From the NCBI RefSeq assembly GCF_006345805.1, contig NC_043013.1, forward strand, positions 52,824,001 through 52,888,000: a stretch of 64,000 nt of DNA. The letters run 5' to 3'. The notes beneath the pieces were generated by a model. The model saw only the letters and a program-made list of their open reading frames with translations, was not told the origin of the DNA and did no database searches. Source of the DNA: Octopus sinensis. Its lineage: Eukaryota. Each line of letters starts with the position of its first letter. The first letter of the stretch is position 1. The position numbers were made by a program, and so were the translations under genes. Positions 24,202 to 37,876 of this stretch are shown here, one piece after another.

Positions 24202-24543
24202 CATAGTTATACATATGCATATATATAAGTATATGCATCCATATACATACATATATACAAACATATGCACATACGAACACTCATACATACATATGCACAT
24301 ACACACACATATATACATATGTGCATACATACATACATACATACATACATGTGTGTGTGTAGTTCTAGACTTCTTACATAGAGAATTCGACAATGTAATT
24401 ATGGGAGAGTAGTAAATAACGATTAAGTTAAACACGCAAGAACGGTGACAGAGAGCTAGGCATTATATGTGTGTGTGTTCGTGTATGGGTCTGCGTATGA
24501 GTTTGTGTGTATATATATATGTCTGTGTGTCTCTGCATGTGTG

Positions 24544-24625
<82 letters not shown>

Positions 24626-24634
24626 CACATACAT

Positions 24635-24668
<34 letters not shown>

Positions 24669-24824
24669 GTATATATGCATGTAATATATGTATCTATATA
24701 TAAAGATATATACACATACATATATATCTACATATAGCTATACATATATATGCATATATGTATACATATTATATGTATACGTATGTATGTCATGTGTGTA
24801 TCTATCTATCTATGTATCTATCTG

Positions 24825-24881
<57 letters not shown>

Positions 24882-26669
24882 TTAAGCATGTAGGTGCGTA
24901 TGTATACGTCTAAAGGCGCGCGCACGTATTACGTGCGCGGTTCTATAGACAGCGCATGTATATATTGACATTTATAGCGCAATACTTAAGATGAAAGATG
25001 CAAGAGAATTTAACAAGATGACTGACGATAAATGTAATTAAAATTACGTATTAAAATAAAATTATCGGTAACATATCAATTTATTTTCATAATAAACTTT
25101 ATCGATTTAACTTCACACATAACTCTAGATATTGAGGTTGAAGGGAATAGAAGAAAGATCATTTTGTCAATCATTTAGCAAGAGAATCGATAGATTCATT
25201 TATAAAGATAAATCCCTCGAGATGATTTTATCAATAACATACACTCACCAGGAAACGAAAATTAACTTGATTAATATTAAGTCTAAAGTAATTGTCTAGG
25301 TTAGCGTAACCGTTCATATTAATGTTAATATGATAATTCTATTGCTACAAACACCGAAACAATCTTACAATATATGTGAATATTTATGTTATATACCCGC
25401 CATGGTTTAATGTTTACTCGGTCGCACATATATATATTCTTATTTAAACGGAACCTACAGGAAACATCAAAAGCTCCCTCTATTTATCGTAGCAGTCATA
25501 ATATAGTTATTTATACAAAGCAGGGTCACGTTAGATGGGTGAAGTAAACATTAGATATGCTTCGTCTCACGTAGAAACTGTAGCAATTGCTGTTATGTCG
25601 CACGTTCGGATGCCTCTACTACTCAACTCTACTCCTCTCTACTCTGTTCCTGACGTCTAGACTTCTTCCTCTACATCTACATATTGGGCTAGTCTACTTC
25701 ATCGTCTGGGGGCGTCCACATAACAATTGCTCAGAGTCGTTTCAAGCTCGTCTAAATCCTTTGCAATGTTGGAAAGCCTTCCACTTTGTCAGCAGGTATC
25801 TCCAGGTTAATAGCGTTCCGCTCCTTAGTTTGTACGCTTCACTTAAATGAAGCGAACAGCGGTCTCTTATCAATCACGGACATCTTGAACTAGTTTCGAA
25901 ACGTTTATTTCACTCATTGTGTTTATATGGAAATATGAAAAAAATCATGGACATCTTGAACTAGTTTCACTTGCCGTTCTTATTTCCTTGATGGCTTTTT
26001 TCAAGGTGTCTGGGTTTCAGACCCATCATCTTCAGGATTTAGCGCATTGATCTAGATGGAAATATTAGGAGAAGCGCATTTCTGGAACGCAATTGACAAT
26101 AAGTCAATTCGAGCAAAGCTAACCCGTACATATTCCAAATACAACAACAACAACAAATACTACACTTGTTCCAATAGAACAAGTTTTCAGAATCAATTGT
26201 GCAGTCGGTCATGCAGTTAGTAGTATTTAAATTTAAATCTCTGCATAGTGGGTTCCAATTTCACTCTTATCATCTTTATTTGCTTATTGGTTGTCCATCG
26301 AAAATAGTTACGTATCCGGTATCTTCATTTTCTAAAAATTGTCTGGAGTCGATCAGACACTAGTGCCCATAAAACAAACTGAACAGCCAATAATATAGAA
26401 ATGAAATGTTTATTATTCCCGTTGATATGGTTATGAAGCACGGTTGTAAACATGATGTTTTAGGTTCGCTCCCGCTATGCATCACTTTGGACAATTATCT
26501 TCTCCCCTCACCTTGAGTTGATTAAATCGTATACGTGAATTTGGTTAAAAGAATGCTACACGGAAGTAGTTTGGAGAAACCGTTTTTGCTTAGATATTGT
26601 GGGTTTAAGGTATCAACTTATTTAACAACATCGTTAGGATCTTAGTTACCTACACGTTCTTATTATCCT

Positions 26670-26840
26670 TCGCCCATGTTGGAGCACCAAACTAAGAATT
26701 TCAGTCGAACTAATTGACCGCAGTATTTAATTTTAAGCTTTGCTCTTTTTCTATCCGCTTCTTTTTGCCCAGCCACCAGGTTACGGGGACGTAAGCACAC
26801 AATCACCGGTTATCAAGCGGTGATAGGGACAGACACTCAG

Positions 26841-26879
<39 letters not shown>

Positions 26880-26912
26880 CACACACGCACACACACACAC
26901 ACACACACCCAA

Positions 26913-26957
<45 letters not shown>

Positions 26958-27105
26958 CGACGGGTTTATTTCAGTTTCCCCCAAACAAATTCGCTCACAA
27001 GATTTTAGTTGACCCGAGGTTACGGCAGACGATACCTTCCCAAGTTGCGCAGAGGGACTGAATCCGGAATCATGTGGTCGACAATGAAACTTCTTACCAC
27101 GTCCC
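26670..27105 (-). mobile_element. SINE family A
   Basis: GGAGCACC tail, GGTTACGGGGACGTAA body, internal (CA)n(TA)n, TACGACGGG and GGGACTGAA head. Confidence 0.75.
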
Positions 27106-27488
27106 CACTTCTGGTCGAGCTATTGTAAGTGTTCAAGTCTGGTTTATTTATTTAAATATTGTTTCCTAACTTCCCTCAAACAGAAGGACTCATGGACTCA
27201 AAAATCTCAGCGTCTGATTACGCAGGGATAGGAAAAGACAGGGGATTATTGTGAGCATTTTATGCGGGTGTTTTTCTCTTTATAACGGTTTAGTAACGGT
27301 TCGTAATGTGTTGAAGTCAACTTTATTTTTTAACACCCGATATCGATAAGTCAAATTACTAGCCAAGTAGCGGGACGAGGGAATTGTCTAACCCACACCC
27401 ATCAGAATTTGTGGCATTATGCTTAAATCCTCCACCACCTCCTCCTCCTCATCCTCCTCCTAATTATCATCATCATCATCATCATGGA

Positions 27489-27700
27489 GGCGGCGAGCAA
27501 GGCAGAATCGTAAGCAAGCCAGGCGAATGGCTTATCGGCATTTCATCCGTTTTACCTTCTGAGTTCAAATTCTACCGAGGTCGACTTTGCCTTTCGTCCT
27601 TTCGATATCGATAAATTAAGTGCCATTTGAGCACTGGGTCTAAGTATTCAGCATATTCCCCTCCCACGAAATTTCTGGCTTTACCAAAATCCGAAACCAT
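27489..27700 (+). mobile_element. SINE family D
   Basis: GGCGGCGAGC..GGCAGAATCG, TTCTGAGTTCAAATTC..CCGAGGTCGACTTTGCCTTTC. Confidence 0.75.
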
Positions 27701-27919
27701 TATTTATTATTCTTTAGTCATAATTTGACTTCATATTTTCACTGCAACATCGGAGGAAGGTCAGTGCCCTCCAAGGTTTGGAAGTCATGCAACTGCATTT
27801 ACGTGTTTGTCTACTTGATTTTCATCGAAGCAATGCACCTTGGAAACTGTTATTATAATTTGCAGGACCTAAATTCCGGTTACGGCTATATACAGGTCGA
27901 TAGCTTGGGGGTAATTTCT

Positions 27920-28208
27920 CCACCTCCTCCACCACTTCCTCCTCCTCCTCTCCCCCCTCCCCTCTTCCTCTTCTTCTTTCTCTTCCTCCTCTTCCTCTCC
28001 TCCACTACATCATCGTCAGCCTCTTCCTCCTCCTTCATACTCTTATTCTTCAGATTCTGTTTTACCACCACCACCACCACCACCACCACCACACCACCAC
28101 CACTACTACTACTACTACTTCTACTACTACTACTATTACCACTGCTGCTGCTAATACTACTACTAATAATACCTCCACCACCACCACCACCACCACCACA
28201 CCACCACC

Positions 28209-28259
<51 letters not shown>

Positions 28260-28376
28260 GGTGCTGCAGCTACTGCTATTTCCAATTTTTTCGTTATTTC
28301 GTCCTATTCTTATTATTGTCGTTATCATCATCATCATCATCATCATTATTATTAGGTATTATTATTATTGTTGTTG

Positions 28377-28431
<55 letters not shown>

Positions 28432-28515
28432 GATCATGATCATCATCGTCATCGTCATCATCATCATCATCATCCTCCTCATCATCATCATCATTATTAT
28501 TATTATTATTATTTC
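27920..28515. repeat. compound trinucleotide microsatellite (CCT, CCA, CTA, ATC, ATT)
   Basis: Direct inspection. Confidence 0.9.
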
Positions 28516-28994
28516 GTAAGCATCTTCATTCATTTTTAGTGCATATTATCATTGTTATATTTGAATTTTTTCCAGAAAAAATATCTCTGGGAAATTTTCA
28601 TAAAAGAAACCAGGAACCATTCACTCTTGAAGAATTGAAGATTTTCCAAACGTTTGTTATTCGCCTGGAATCAAAATGAGACAGTTTAAACGCTTTTAAT
28701 AGAAATTTTTAACCCTTTTCATAACAATGCCGGGACATATCTTATTCAACGTTAAAATCTTATTCTCTTTCGTTATTCAAAAAAAAAAATATTGATCTGT
28801 AAGAGTCGTCTTTGTTAAAATATTCATTTTTATATATTTTATCTTTTCAGTAATATTAAGTATTCTCTGAGGGCAAGTTCAGATTCCATATTTTCAGCAT
28901 AAGATCGAAGACAAACTTTAAAAATATTCGAAGTTTTTGATTTTGCGATCGGACATCTTTCTATCGCACTGAAAATCCATTTTCCCAAGTGCTT

Positions 28995-29220
28995 TTCTTC
29001 TTCTTCTTCTTCTTCTTCTTCTTCTTCTTCTTCTTCTTCTTCTACTGCTTCTTCTTCTTTCTCCTCCTCTTCTTCTTCTTCTTCTTCTTCTTCTTCTTCT
29101 TCTTTCTTCTTCTTCTCTCTTCTTCTTCTTTCTTCTTCTTCTTTCTCTTCCTCCTCTTCTTCTTCTTCTTCTTCTTCTTCTTCTTCTGTTTAATTGCTCT
29201 CTTTATTATTATTATTATTA

Positions 29221-29269
<49 letters not shown>

Positions 29270-29270
29270 T
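28995..29270. repeat. (CTT)n followed by (ATT)n
   Basis: Direct inspection. Confidence 0.9.
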
Positions 29271-29832
29271 TCAAACTTCATTCTTCACCAAGTGCCACAC
29301 CTTAGAGGAGGCTCTCAGTAATAACAGTGTAGCAAAACGACGGCGCATCATCATGGCCGCAGCTCTAAGCTGAAACTGGAGGAAAAAAATATCATCATCG
29401 TCATCATCACTGTCATCGTCATCATTGCATTGTTGTTGTTGCCATTCTTGTCCATGCTGTTCCTGTTGTTGCTGGTGTAGGTCATTTTCCGTTTTTTTCA
29501 TTTCAGGAGCGGAATCAAAATGTCGATGCAAAAATTGGTTTGCATTTCCTTTTATCGCGTTGTGTAACAGAATAAACCATTTTGGGACAGAGATACAGAG
29601 AAACCATGCCATAGCCATATTCCAAATCATGAGCAGGCATGGATTAAATCAGAGGAGAGCCGATATCTGCGGTCAAATATCCAAAACATTCCCTATCAAT
29701 AACAAGAATCGTAGCCTGTAACGTACAAAAGTGGATCTTTGAAATTCCAATAAAATGAAATTTGAGAAAGCTGCACTATGGTATAATAATACTTTAAAAC
29801 AGAGTGGGTTTATATAAACATTGAAATATCTA

Positions 29833-30018
29833 CATTATTTACATTATTTACATTTGACGGATATTTGTCCTCATCTTGTTTGTTGTTAACACAACGTTTC
29901 GGCTGATATACCCTCCAGCCTTCATCAGGTGTCTTGGGGAAATTTCGAACCTGGGTTCTCATTCCTAAGGTATTTTTCGATGTTGTTGTTGTTGTTGTTG
30001 TTGTTATTATTATTATTA

Positions 30019-30086
<68 letters not shown>

Positions 30087-30166
30087 TAAGATGAGGACAA
30101 ATATCCGTCAAATATAAATAATGTAAATAATGTGCATAATTCCTTATTTTTTAAATATAGAACTGT
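29833..30166 (-). mobile_element. fold-back pLTR-like element containing an intact hammerhead
   Basis: ~45-bp inverted arms (29833-29877 and 30088-30133) enclose the HHR and a (TTG)/(TTA)n tract, followed by a ~33-bp tail. TT(G/A)AAATATCTA flanks both sides. Confidence 0.75.
29888..29933 (-). ncRNA. minimal type-I hammerhead ribozyme (best-formed in window)
   Basis: Minus strand: GACAC-CTGATGA-a-GGCTG-gagggtatat-CAGCC-GAAACGT-t-GTGTT. 5-bp stem I, 5-bp stem II, palindromic stem III, full core. Confidence 0.85.
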
Positions 30167-30201
30167 ATTAAAATATCTAACTTTGTCAATTAAGCAAATA
30201 G

Positions 30202-30568
30202 GTCTGCGAGCTGGCAGAAGCGTTAGCACGCTCAACGGTATTTCGTCTACCGCTACGTTCTGAGTTCAAATTCCGCCGATGTCGACTTTGCCTTTCATCC
30301 TTTTAGGGTCGATTAAATAAGTACCAGTTACGCACTGAGGTTGATATTATCGACTTAATCCGTTTGTCTGTCCTTGTTTGTCTTCTCTATGTTTAGCCCC
30401 TTGTGGGTAGTAAAGAAATAGATATTTTGTCTGCCGAGGTCGACTTCGCCTTTTATCCTTTCGGGGTCGAATTGATAAGTACCAGTTACGCACCGGGGTC
30501 GATGTAATCAACTAATTCCTTTGTTTATCACCCGTATGTTTATCCCTCTGTGGGCAATAAAAAAATAA
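30202..30568 (+). mobile_element. SINE family D with internally duplicated 3' half
   Basis: GCCGA.GTCGACTT..CCTTT..GGGTCGA..AAGTACCAGTTACGCAC occurs twice (~30274 and ~30433). Confidence 0.75.
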
Positions 30569-31866
30569 ATGTTAATCAAGCAAACCGAAAATTTAACAGG
30601 GTTAGAAACAAAGGATCATAGGGTCTAATGCACCCCTCGGCGTAAGGCAATGTTAAGTATGACGAAGATTTTTGTAGTTCGAATCACTGAATCACTGAAC
30701 AAGCAGTCATACTCACTATAAGCTCACATCTATGAACAAAGCAAAATTTAACTACAACGGTGCTTCAAATCTAAAGCATGTCATTGAGTGGCATATTCTT
30801 TTATTAAAGCTTTTCATAACGAAAGATCTAGCAATCAACAAACATCAACACAAACAGAATAAAACGTAATAAATCATTGGACGTATCCAGTTAAAGGCTA
30901 TTAATTATTTAATTAATAAAAATACTTGATTTCTACTTATAAGGTATGATTATATTAGACTAAATTAAAAGCTAGTTGCTTGGATTGCCGTGCAGCTGGG
31001 TCGAAACCGCAACGTTCTAATGTAAAGAGAATTCCCTAACTTGAACGTGGCCATGGCTGCACCAACATGATTCTGTGTTTGTTGATAATAACGATTATTT
31101 TAGGGGAAATATTTTTAGCTAGATGGCGATAGTGTTTCACAAAAAATGTCGATAAGATGGATGATTGATGATCAAATCAGTCGAAATCATGGAAAGATTA
31201 ATAAAGACAATTTAACGGGCGGACATATTTAATGGCGTGTAGTTATTTATTATGGTTTTTGTCTGGGCTGATAATTAGTGAAGTTAAGGTCTCCAGTGAA
31301 GTATAAATATTTGATTTGGGGCGGGAGGAGGGCAGGTTGGAAATATGAGCGCGGAAAAAATTAAAATAAATCATTGTTTGTAAAACATATCAAGAGGAGT
31401 TCCGTTTTAAAACGAAGGAGGATGATATTGTCCTTGCTGTTGTCGGTGATAATGATGATGATGATGATGACGATAATGTTGCTTTTGGCTTTATTACTCT
31501 TGTTGTTGCTGTTATTGTTATCGGTGATGGTGCTGGGGCAGTGGTGGTGGTGGTGATGGTGATGATGGCGGTGGTGAGGAAGATGCAGAGGAAGCGGATA
31601 GTGTTGACGATAATGATGACAATGACGGGGTTGTAGCGGAGGAGATGGTGAGATTTGAAAAAATCTCTAAATACTCAGTTTTACTACTGAAGCTCACGTA
31701 AAAAAACAATGTCTATATATATATACATACATACATATATATATATATTTGTGTGTGTGTGTGTGTTTATGCATATAGATATGTACATGTACATACACAT
31801 ATATATGTGTATCTATATACATATATTTATATCATATATTATTTTATATTATATATTATATATATA

Positions 31867-31939
<73 letters not shown>

Positions 31940-31990
31940 TATATATATATATATGTATATATGTATATATATATATATATTATATATATT

Positions 31991-32065
<75 letters not shown>

Positions 32066-32094
32066 CCGGGCTGGTCATTCCTTTTCTGTATTTG

Positions 32095-32212
32095 CCAAGC
32101 ATATCGAGGATTTAGATCTCATATAGAATCAGTTGTTGAAGTTGAAGGAGGCTTTATCGAATAGCATTATAGAAAAGAACGTTTATTTTTATCCTCATCG
32201 AATTTTTTGATA
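32095..32212 (+). mobile_element. 3' fragment of the DD37D transposon
   Basis: GATTTAGATCTCATATAGAA..GAAGGAGGCTTTAT..GAATAGCATTATAGAAAAGAACG matches 33545-33660. Confidence 0.8.
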
Positions 32213-32485
32213 TATAAGGATATTACGTATAGGTGTTAAGAGTTGCTGATGAGAATTAACATGGTCTAAATCAAAATGCGACTACATACGCTGGGCAATT
32301 ATTTCCCTTTGTCAGTCATTACGACAATGCTTTTGTGGCTTTTCGGCTGTTTTAAATCTTCTTTTTAGCAAAAGAAGTGCTAGTCGGTAACCTCTGTTAC
32401 TTTTGTGACCTAAATACACACACACACACACACACACCACACACACACACACACACATACACACATATATATGTATATGTATATA

Positions 32486-33732
32486 CAGGTTGCGTATGGT
32501 GTTTGAGAACATACCTTTTTGGGTCATTGCTGCATTTTTTCAAACTCTGTATATTCTATGTTTCAGAAAAGAATAACGTCAGGCAATCAGCTGTCTCGGG
32601 AAATGAAGAGGCATGCTGTTATTGTGGTTATAAAGGCTAAACATAATTCAGAAATATCCCGACTTTTAAAAGTTGCCTGATCTTTCGTCTTTGTAAGGCG
32701 TTAGATACTGAAGATAGAAATGTATCACCAGTATCAAAGAATAAAAAGCATTCTAAACGCTCTGCAGTCCCCAGAACACATGAATTTATCCTGCAAGTTC
32801 ACCAGGCCATTGATTACAATCCCAGAAAGTCCACGAGGTCAATTGCTAAAGATCTCCATGTGTCAGACGGAACAGTCAGAAATGTTGTCTACGAAGACAT
32901 CAGATATAAGTCTTATATGATGACAAGAGGTCAATTTGTCATAAAAAACAAAAGAAAATCACTACATCAGATCTAAAAGGCTTTTAAACAAACTAAAAAA
33001 TCCAGTAGAAGATGGTTTGATTTGTTTTTTCTCAAACGAGAAAAACTCCCACCATTATTAAAAAGTTAACAGAAGAAATGACAAATGGCTATGTGCAGAC
33101 CCTCCTGAATTTCCAAGTCTTATACATACAAACTTTCCTGCAACTGTCATGGTTTCAGGGGTTGTCAGCAATGAAAGACATGTGATGCCACTTTACTTCT
33201 TTCCACAAGGCCTTAGAATTAATTTTGCCACCTATATTGAGGTCCTGGAAACAACTGTTAAGCTCTGGATAGACAGTGCATGCACAGGACGGCCATATAT
33301 ATTTCAGTAAGACTCTGCACTATCAAACATGGCTCTAGTAACACAGGAATGGATGGTTGAAATTTTTCATGATCACATAACCCCTAACAATTAGCCTCCT
33401 AATTCCCCAGATCTCAATCCATTGGACTATTACATGTGGAGCGGTGTTGAGAAAGAGGTCAATGAACATGCCCACAACAGCAAAGGTTCTATGAAAGCTG
33501 CCATAGTCAGAGTGATGTTCAAAAGGAACCAGGACCACTTGACTCGAGCATGTTGATGATTTAGATCTCATATAGAAGCAGTTGTTGAAGCTGAAGGAGG
33601 CTTTATGGAATAGCATTATAGAAAAGAACGTTTATTGTTATCCCCATAGAATTTTTTGATAAGCATATTATCTGTTATTATATATCTGTTTTTATAAACT
33701 TAAATCTGTGCTCAAATATCTTATGCACCCTG
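32486..33732 (+). mobile_element. Tc1/mariner DD37D (maT-type) transposon, full length, transposase pseudogenised
   Basis: Imperfect ~26-bp TIRs (CAGG(T/G)TGC..TTTGAG.ACA) with TA on both sides. The transposase runs ~32602-33612 with FFSNEKN, FQ*DSA-x-PPNSPDLNPLDY (37 residues between the last two Asp) and RSHIEAVVEAEGG. Multiple stops and frameshifts. Confidence 0.92.
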
Positions 33733-34649
33733 TATATGTGTGTGTGTGTGTGTGTGTTTTATAAAATTCTCGAAATACGAGAATAGAAAAACAGCCAGCA
33801 ACTGAAGAATCGTTTTTTGTGTTGTTTGACTTGTTTTCAATTTGTGTCTTTCGTTGTTCTAAAACATAGTTCATATTCCATGTACTCGTACTTCGTATGT
33901 TTTGTTGTACACGTTTCGTGACGTCTTGTGCCCATTTATGCATATATATATACACGTATAGATCTAAGTATGTACAACACGTATGTATATATGCATATAT
34001 ATATATATTATTTATATTATATTATATATATATATATATATATAATATATATATATATATTATATATATATGCACGTATGTATGTGATGTGTGCGTGTGT
34101 GTCTTTTATTAATGTTATATAGTGTAAATATCATATAAGTTTTCTCTCCAATTGTTAAGGAACCAGGCGTTATGTGATTAACAAATATTGCGTTTTATTT
34201 ACATCTTCTTTATATAGTTGTTCCTTGTACATGAAATCGTTAAAGTTCCCTCAAGAAACTTCTCTTCTTTTCAAATCACAACAGTATCATGGTCCAATGA
34301 AATTATGACATGCCATGGGATTACCAAAGATGATGTTAAAGAATGAGACGTTCTCCTCATTACACGCAAGATGTCATTACATGTGACAACGTAGTTGCTT
34401 GATCTGATAGAAACGGCAACCAAACCTTCGTAGAATTACACCTAACCATATGTAAAAAGCTAAATTCATCTGGAGATATACATAATTTCACCAAAATCTT
34501 TAGTTGGTTTACGTTAAATAATGTGTTTCTAAGTATTTGTAGAATATATTTTGGTAGTCACGACTGGATTGTCTATAAATGCATGTATGGGTTGATGGAA
34601 ACAAATATTGCCATTTTGAACCACTGAAATCAAAACGTTTTCATCATTT

Positions 34650-34745
34650 TCTATTTATTTCCCTCTTATTCCATTCTGTCGAAGAGCGTAGGCTCGAAAC
34701 TTAAAATGCTTTTCCATTTTTTCCTGAGCGTCAAGCTAATACGCT
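34650..34745 (+). mobile_element. PLE pLTR fragment with variant HHR core
   Basis: CTGTCGA-a-GAGC-gtag-GCTC-GAAAC at 34676, then TTCCTGAGCGTCAAGCTAATAC; same family as 3686. Confidence 0.65.
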
Positions 34746-34988
34746 ATAGATTTGAACTAAACCATACGTATACACGCACACACACACACGCACACACACA
34801 CATACATACATATATATATATAAAACATCCTGAAGCGTCACACATGCAAAAGGAATTTTCAATGGCAATACCGTGGGAAATTGGAGGCAGAAACGGCTGT
34901 TAGATGGGATAAATCCTATTCGTATAAAAAATTAATCATCGGTGTTAGTCATTTGTTGTTGATCAATATTTCTCCATTTTCTGCTTAC

Positions 34989-35069
<81 letters not shown>

Positions 35070-35159
35070 CACACATATATATATATATGGATCAGTCACT
35101 AATATTTATATATATTTGAACCATTTGCCATGTTAAACTACTGAACTCAATTTTTTTTT

Positions 35160-35312
35160 CATTCTCCCCCTCTGCTTATTTTCTTCTTATTCCTTTCTGT
35201 CGAAGAACATAGGCGCGAGACGTATAAGACTCTTCCACTTTCCCAGAGCATCAAACTATTACACTTGCTTGTTCTTCCTACACCTGCTTTCGTCTTTCTT
35301 TTTCTATAAACC
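35160..35312 (+). mobile_element. degraded PLE pLTR fragment
   Basis: CTGTCGAAGAACATAGGCGCGAGACGTA..CACCTGC.TTCGTCTTT is colinear with 3686-3810. Confidence 0.6.
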
Positions 35313-35766
35313 TACGATTAGAATGATGGCTCTAGTTTACTGCGTTCATATATATTTATCATACACCACTCAGGAATTTTAGTTCCAATGACCAAATAAA
35401 CAAAATTTTAAGGGTTTATAATGATGAGTACGAGGAAAAGGAGGAATAAAAAATGAGGAGGAGTGCAGTGATGTTGGTGGTTGTGGCGATGGTGTTGGAG
35501 GTTCTAAATCTGACAGTAACGAAGAACGATGATAACGAAGATGACAATGATGACATTGACTACAACGAAGATTAAAAAGATGAGGAGGAAGAGAAGTGGG
35601 TGAATAGAAGAAAGCGGGAGAGGACAACATGGCGGTGGTGGTGACGGTAATGATGTGGCTGGCTGTATGGATGACGGTGGTGATGATAATAACAAAAATG
35701 ACGATGAAGATGACGAAAACCACAAATTTGACGACGAACACAACGTCGATAAAGACGACGACGACC

Positions 35767-35799
<33 letters not shown>

Positions 35800-37789
35800 A
35801 TGAGAAGAAGGAGGAAGAGGAGAAGTAAGAGGATGGCAATTATAACGACTATATCGACGATAATGGTGATGAAGTCGATGATAAGGAAGATAAAATATGA
35901 TAAAGAAAATGATAACATGTGTTGAGATGAAGTGACGACGACGTTGAGGTTGATTGATGGTGATCATCCATCTTTATCATCATTATCGTCATTACTATCA
36001 TAATTAGCCTCCTGAGTCTGATCACACAATCATATTAATTATTAACACGATGTTTACAACGAGAAACCAAGAGAGCGAGGACGATTTAGACGTCGATTAT
36101 TGTAAGTAAGTGCTTCCATAAGGTTTTATATTTAATTACAGTTACAGTTTCTAATCTGCATCTCGTTCCTTAGTAGGCCGTCTGAAGAGAGGCTGTGCTT
36201 AATTAACAGTTCATTAGGTTGTCTTCACTTAATGACGCTAAACAGTTCATTATTAAACTTTAGAGTTCAGTACCAACATTCGCAGTGCAGCGAAATGGAA
36301 ATTAAATCACGGCATGGCTTGAAAACCGGAATAGATATATATATACGCACGTATATATACCCACATATATAGATGTATGTATTTACGAAAGTATGAACTG
36401 AGGCAGAGAGAGAGAGAGATATATAAAGAGAGTAAGAGAGACAGAGAAAGAAAGAAAGAGAGAGAAACATATATATAGATATATATATATATATATGTAC
36501 AAATAAGTTGATTAATAGATAGATTGACTGACTGATTGATTGAGTGATAGATACATACATGCATACATCGATCTATACATGCTTATGTATGTGTGTATAT
36601 ACACAGACATATATAATCATATACACGTATAATTATGTGTGAATGTGTATATATATACGCATTCGTATACATGCATATATATATATATATACCAGGATAC
36701 AGTGATATAAATACGTATTTAGATATAAACGTATCGAAGAGTACGTATATACGTTTGTGTTTGTGTGTGTGTGCATATAAGCCCATATATATTAATGTGT
36801 GTGTGTGTACAATGGACTTCCTAAAAGTTCTGTCCAAATTACACATAAAAATATTACTAAAATCGAGTCGACAGTTAAAGACACCGACATTGCTGCATGC
36901 CGTCACCGCGTGGTTAGGAACAGAGCTACGTAACCTAACCGTTATTCACGCGATTAAAACATTTATTTTTCAAAAGAAAAACAACAATTTCGAATATATA
37001 TTCCGTTGCGTTGATAACTGATAATTCTTCTGGATTATGGTTTCCTGATATAGATTATCTTAATAATGTCGATGTAATGGATAACAACACATTTATGCAA
37101 TTAAATTTTAAATTAATCTTATTCTGCGAATCAATATTCAGCGAAAGAGTTCCGTATTAAATAGAAAACTTGCCAAACACTCTCACTTAGCAACCTTAAA
37201 ACATTTGCAATTAATGGAGGTTATAGCTTGGAACTTAAGTCATTTCAAATCCTCTTTGGTACAGGTACTCTGTGAAAATATGAAACATTCTTCGTCTTCA
37301 TGAAAAGTCTTAGAATATCAAACTTTACTCTGGTTCTCATTCAGCTTCCAATTTTTGATATACTTTACTTTTACGGTCCCAAGAGGAAATCTTTTATAAT
37401 ATGCACAACGTACCGAATTATCACTTTTTAATATATTTTCTTCCCAGATAATATTTATTCTCAATTTAATTTTTTTAGAGTATATCTAAACGAATAATTA
37501 ATTATTATCAACTAACGACGTTCCCTCTGCTCCCAGTTGTAATACCATCGTAACTCGCCATAAGATTAGAAAAATTAAAGATTTGGACTAAAAAATTATG
37601 GATAAACATTTTGGTACCGAGCCATCTGAGACCACACATTTAAAGGGAACTAAATTCAAACATTCAACCAAAATTACGTGATAATTCACGTGTCAAATAT
37701 TACTTTAATAATAACAAAATTATTTTAGTAAATATTCTATTATTTGCAAAATAATTTAACTTAGAGACTGAAATATGATAACTAAACTA

Positions 37790-37876
37790 ATTTAAATATT
37801 CTCTCTATAATTCTATTTAAATATTCTCTCTATAATTCTATTTAAATATTCTCTATATTAAATATTCTCTACATAA
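37790..37876. repeat. AT-rich minisatellite, ~24-bp unit x ~3.5
   Basis: ATTTAAATATTCTCTCTATAATTC repeated. Confidence 0.8.

Noticed and set aside
26005-26040. Minus-strand CTGAAGA..TGAAAC motif
   Set aside because: Stem II is only 2 bp, with no NUH cleavage triplet or stem I.
31800-32062. Irregular single-base interruptions (TAA/TTA) in long (TA)n tracts as a possible code
   Set aside because: The pattern is typical of slippage or long-read consensus indel errors in dinucleotide runs.
34822-34910. CTGAAGC...GGCAGAAACGGCTGTTAGATG possible long-stem HHR
   Set aside because: The core is mismatched and stem II is unsupported; too degenerate to call.
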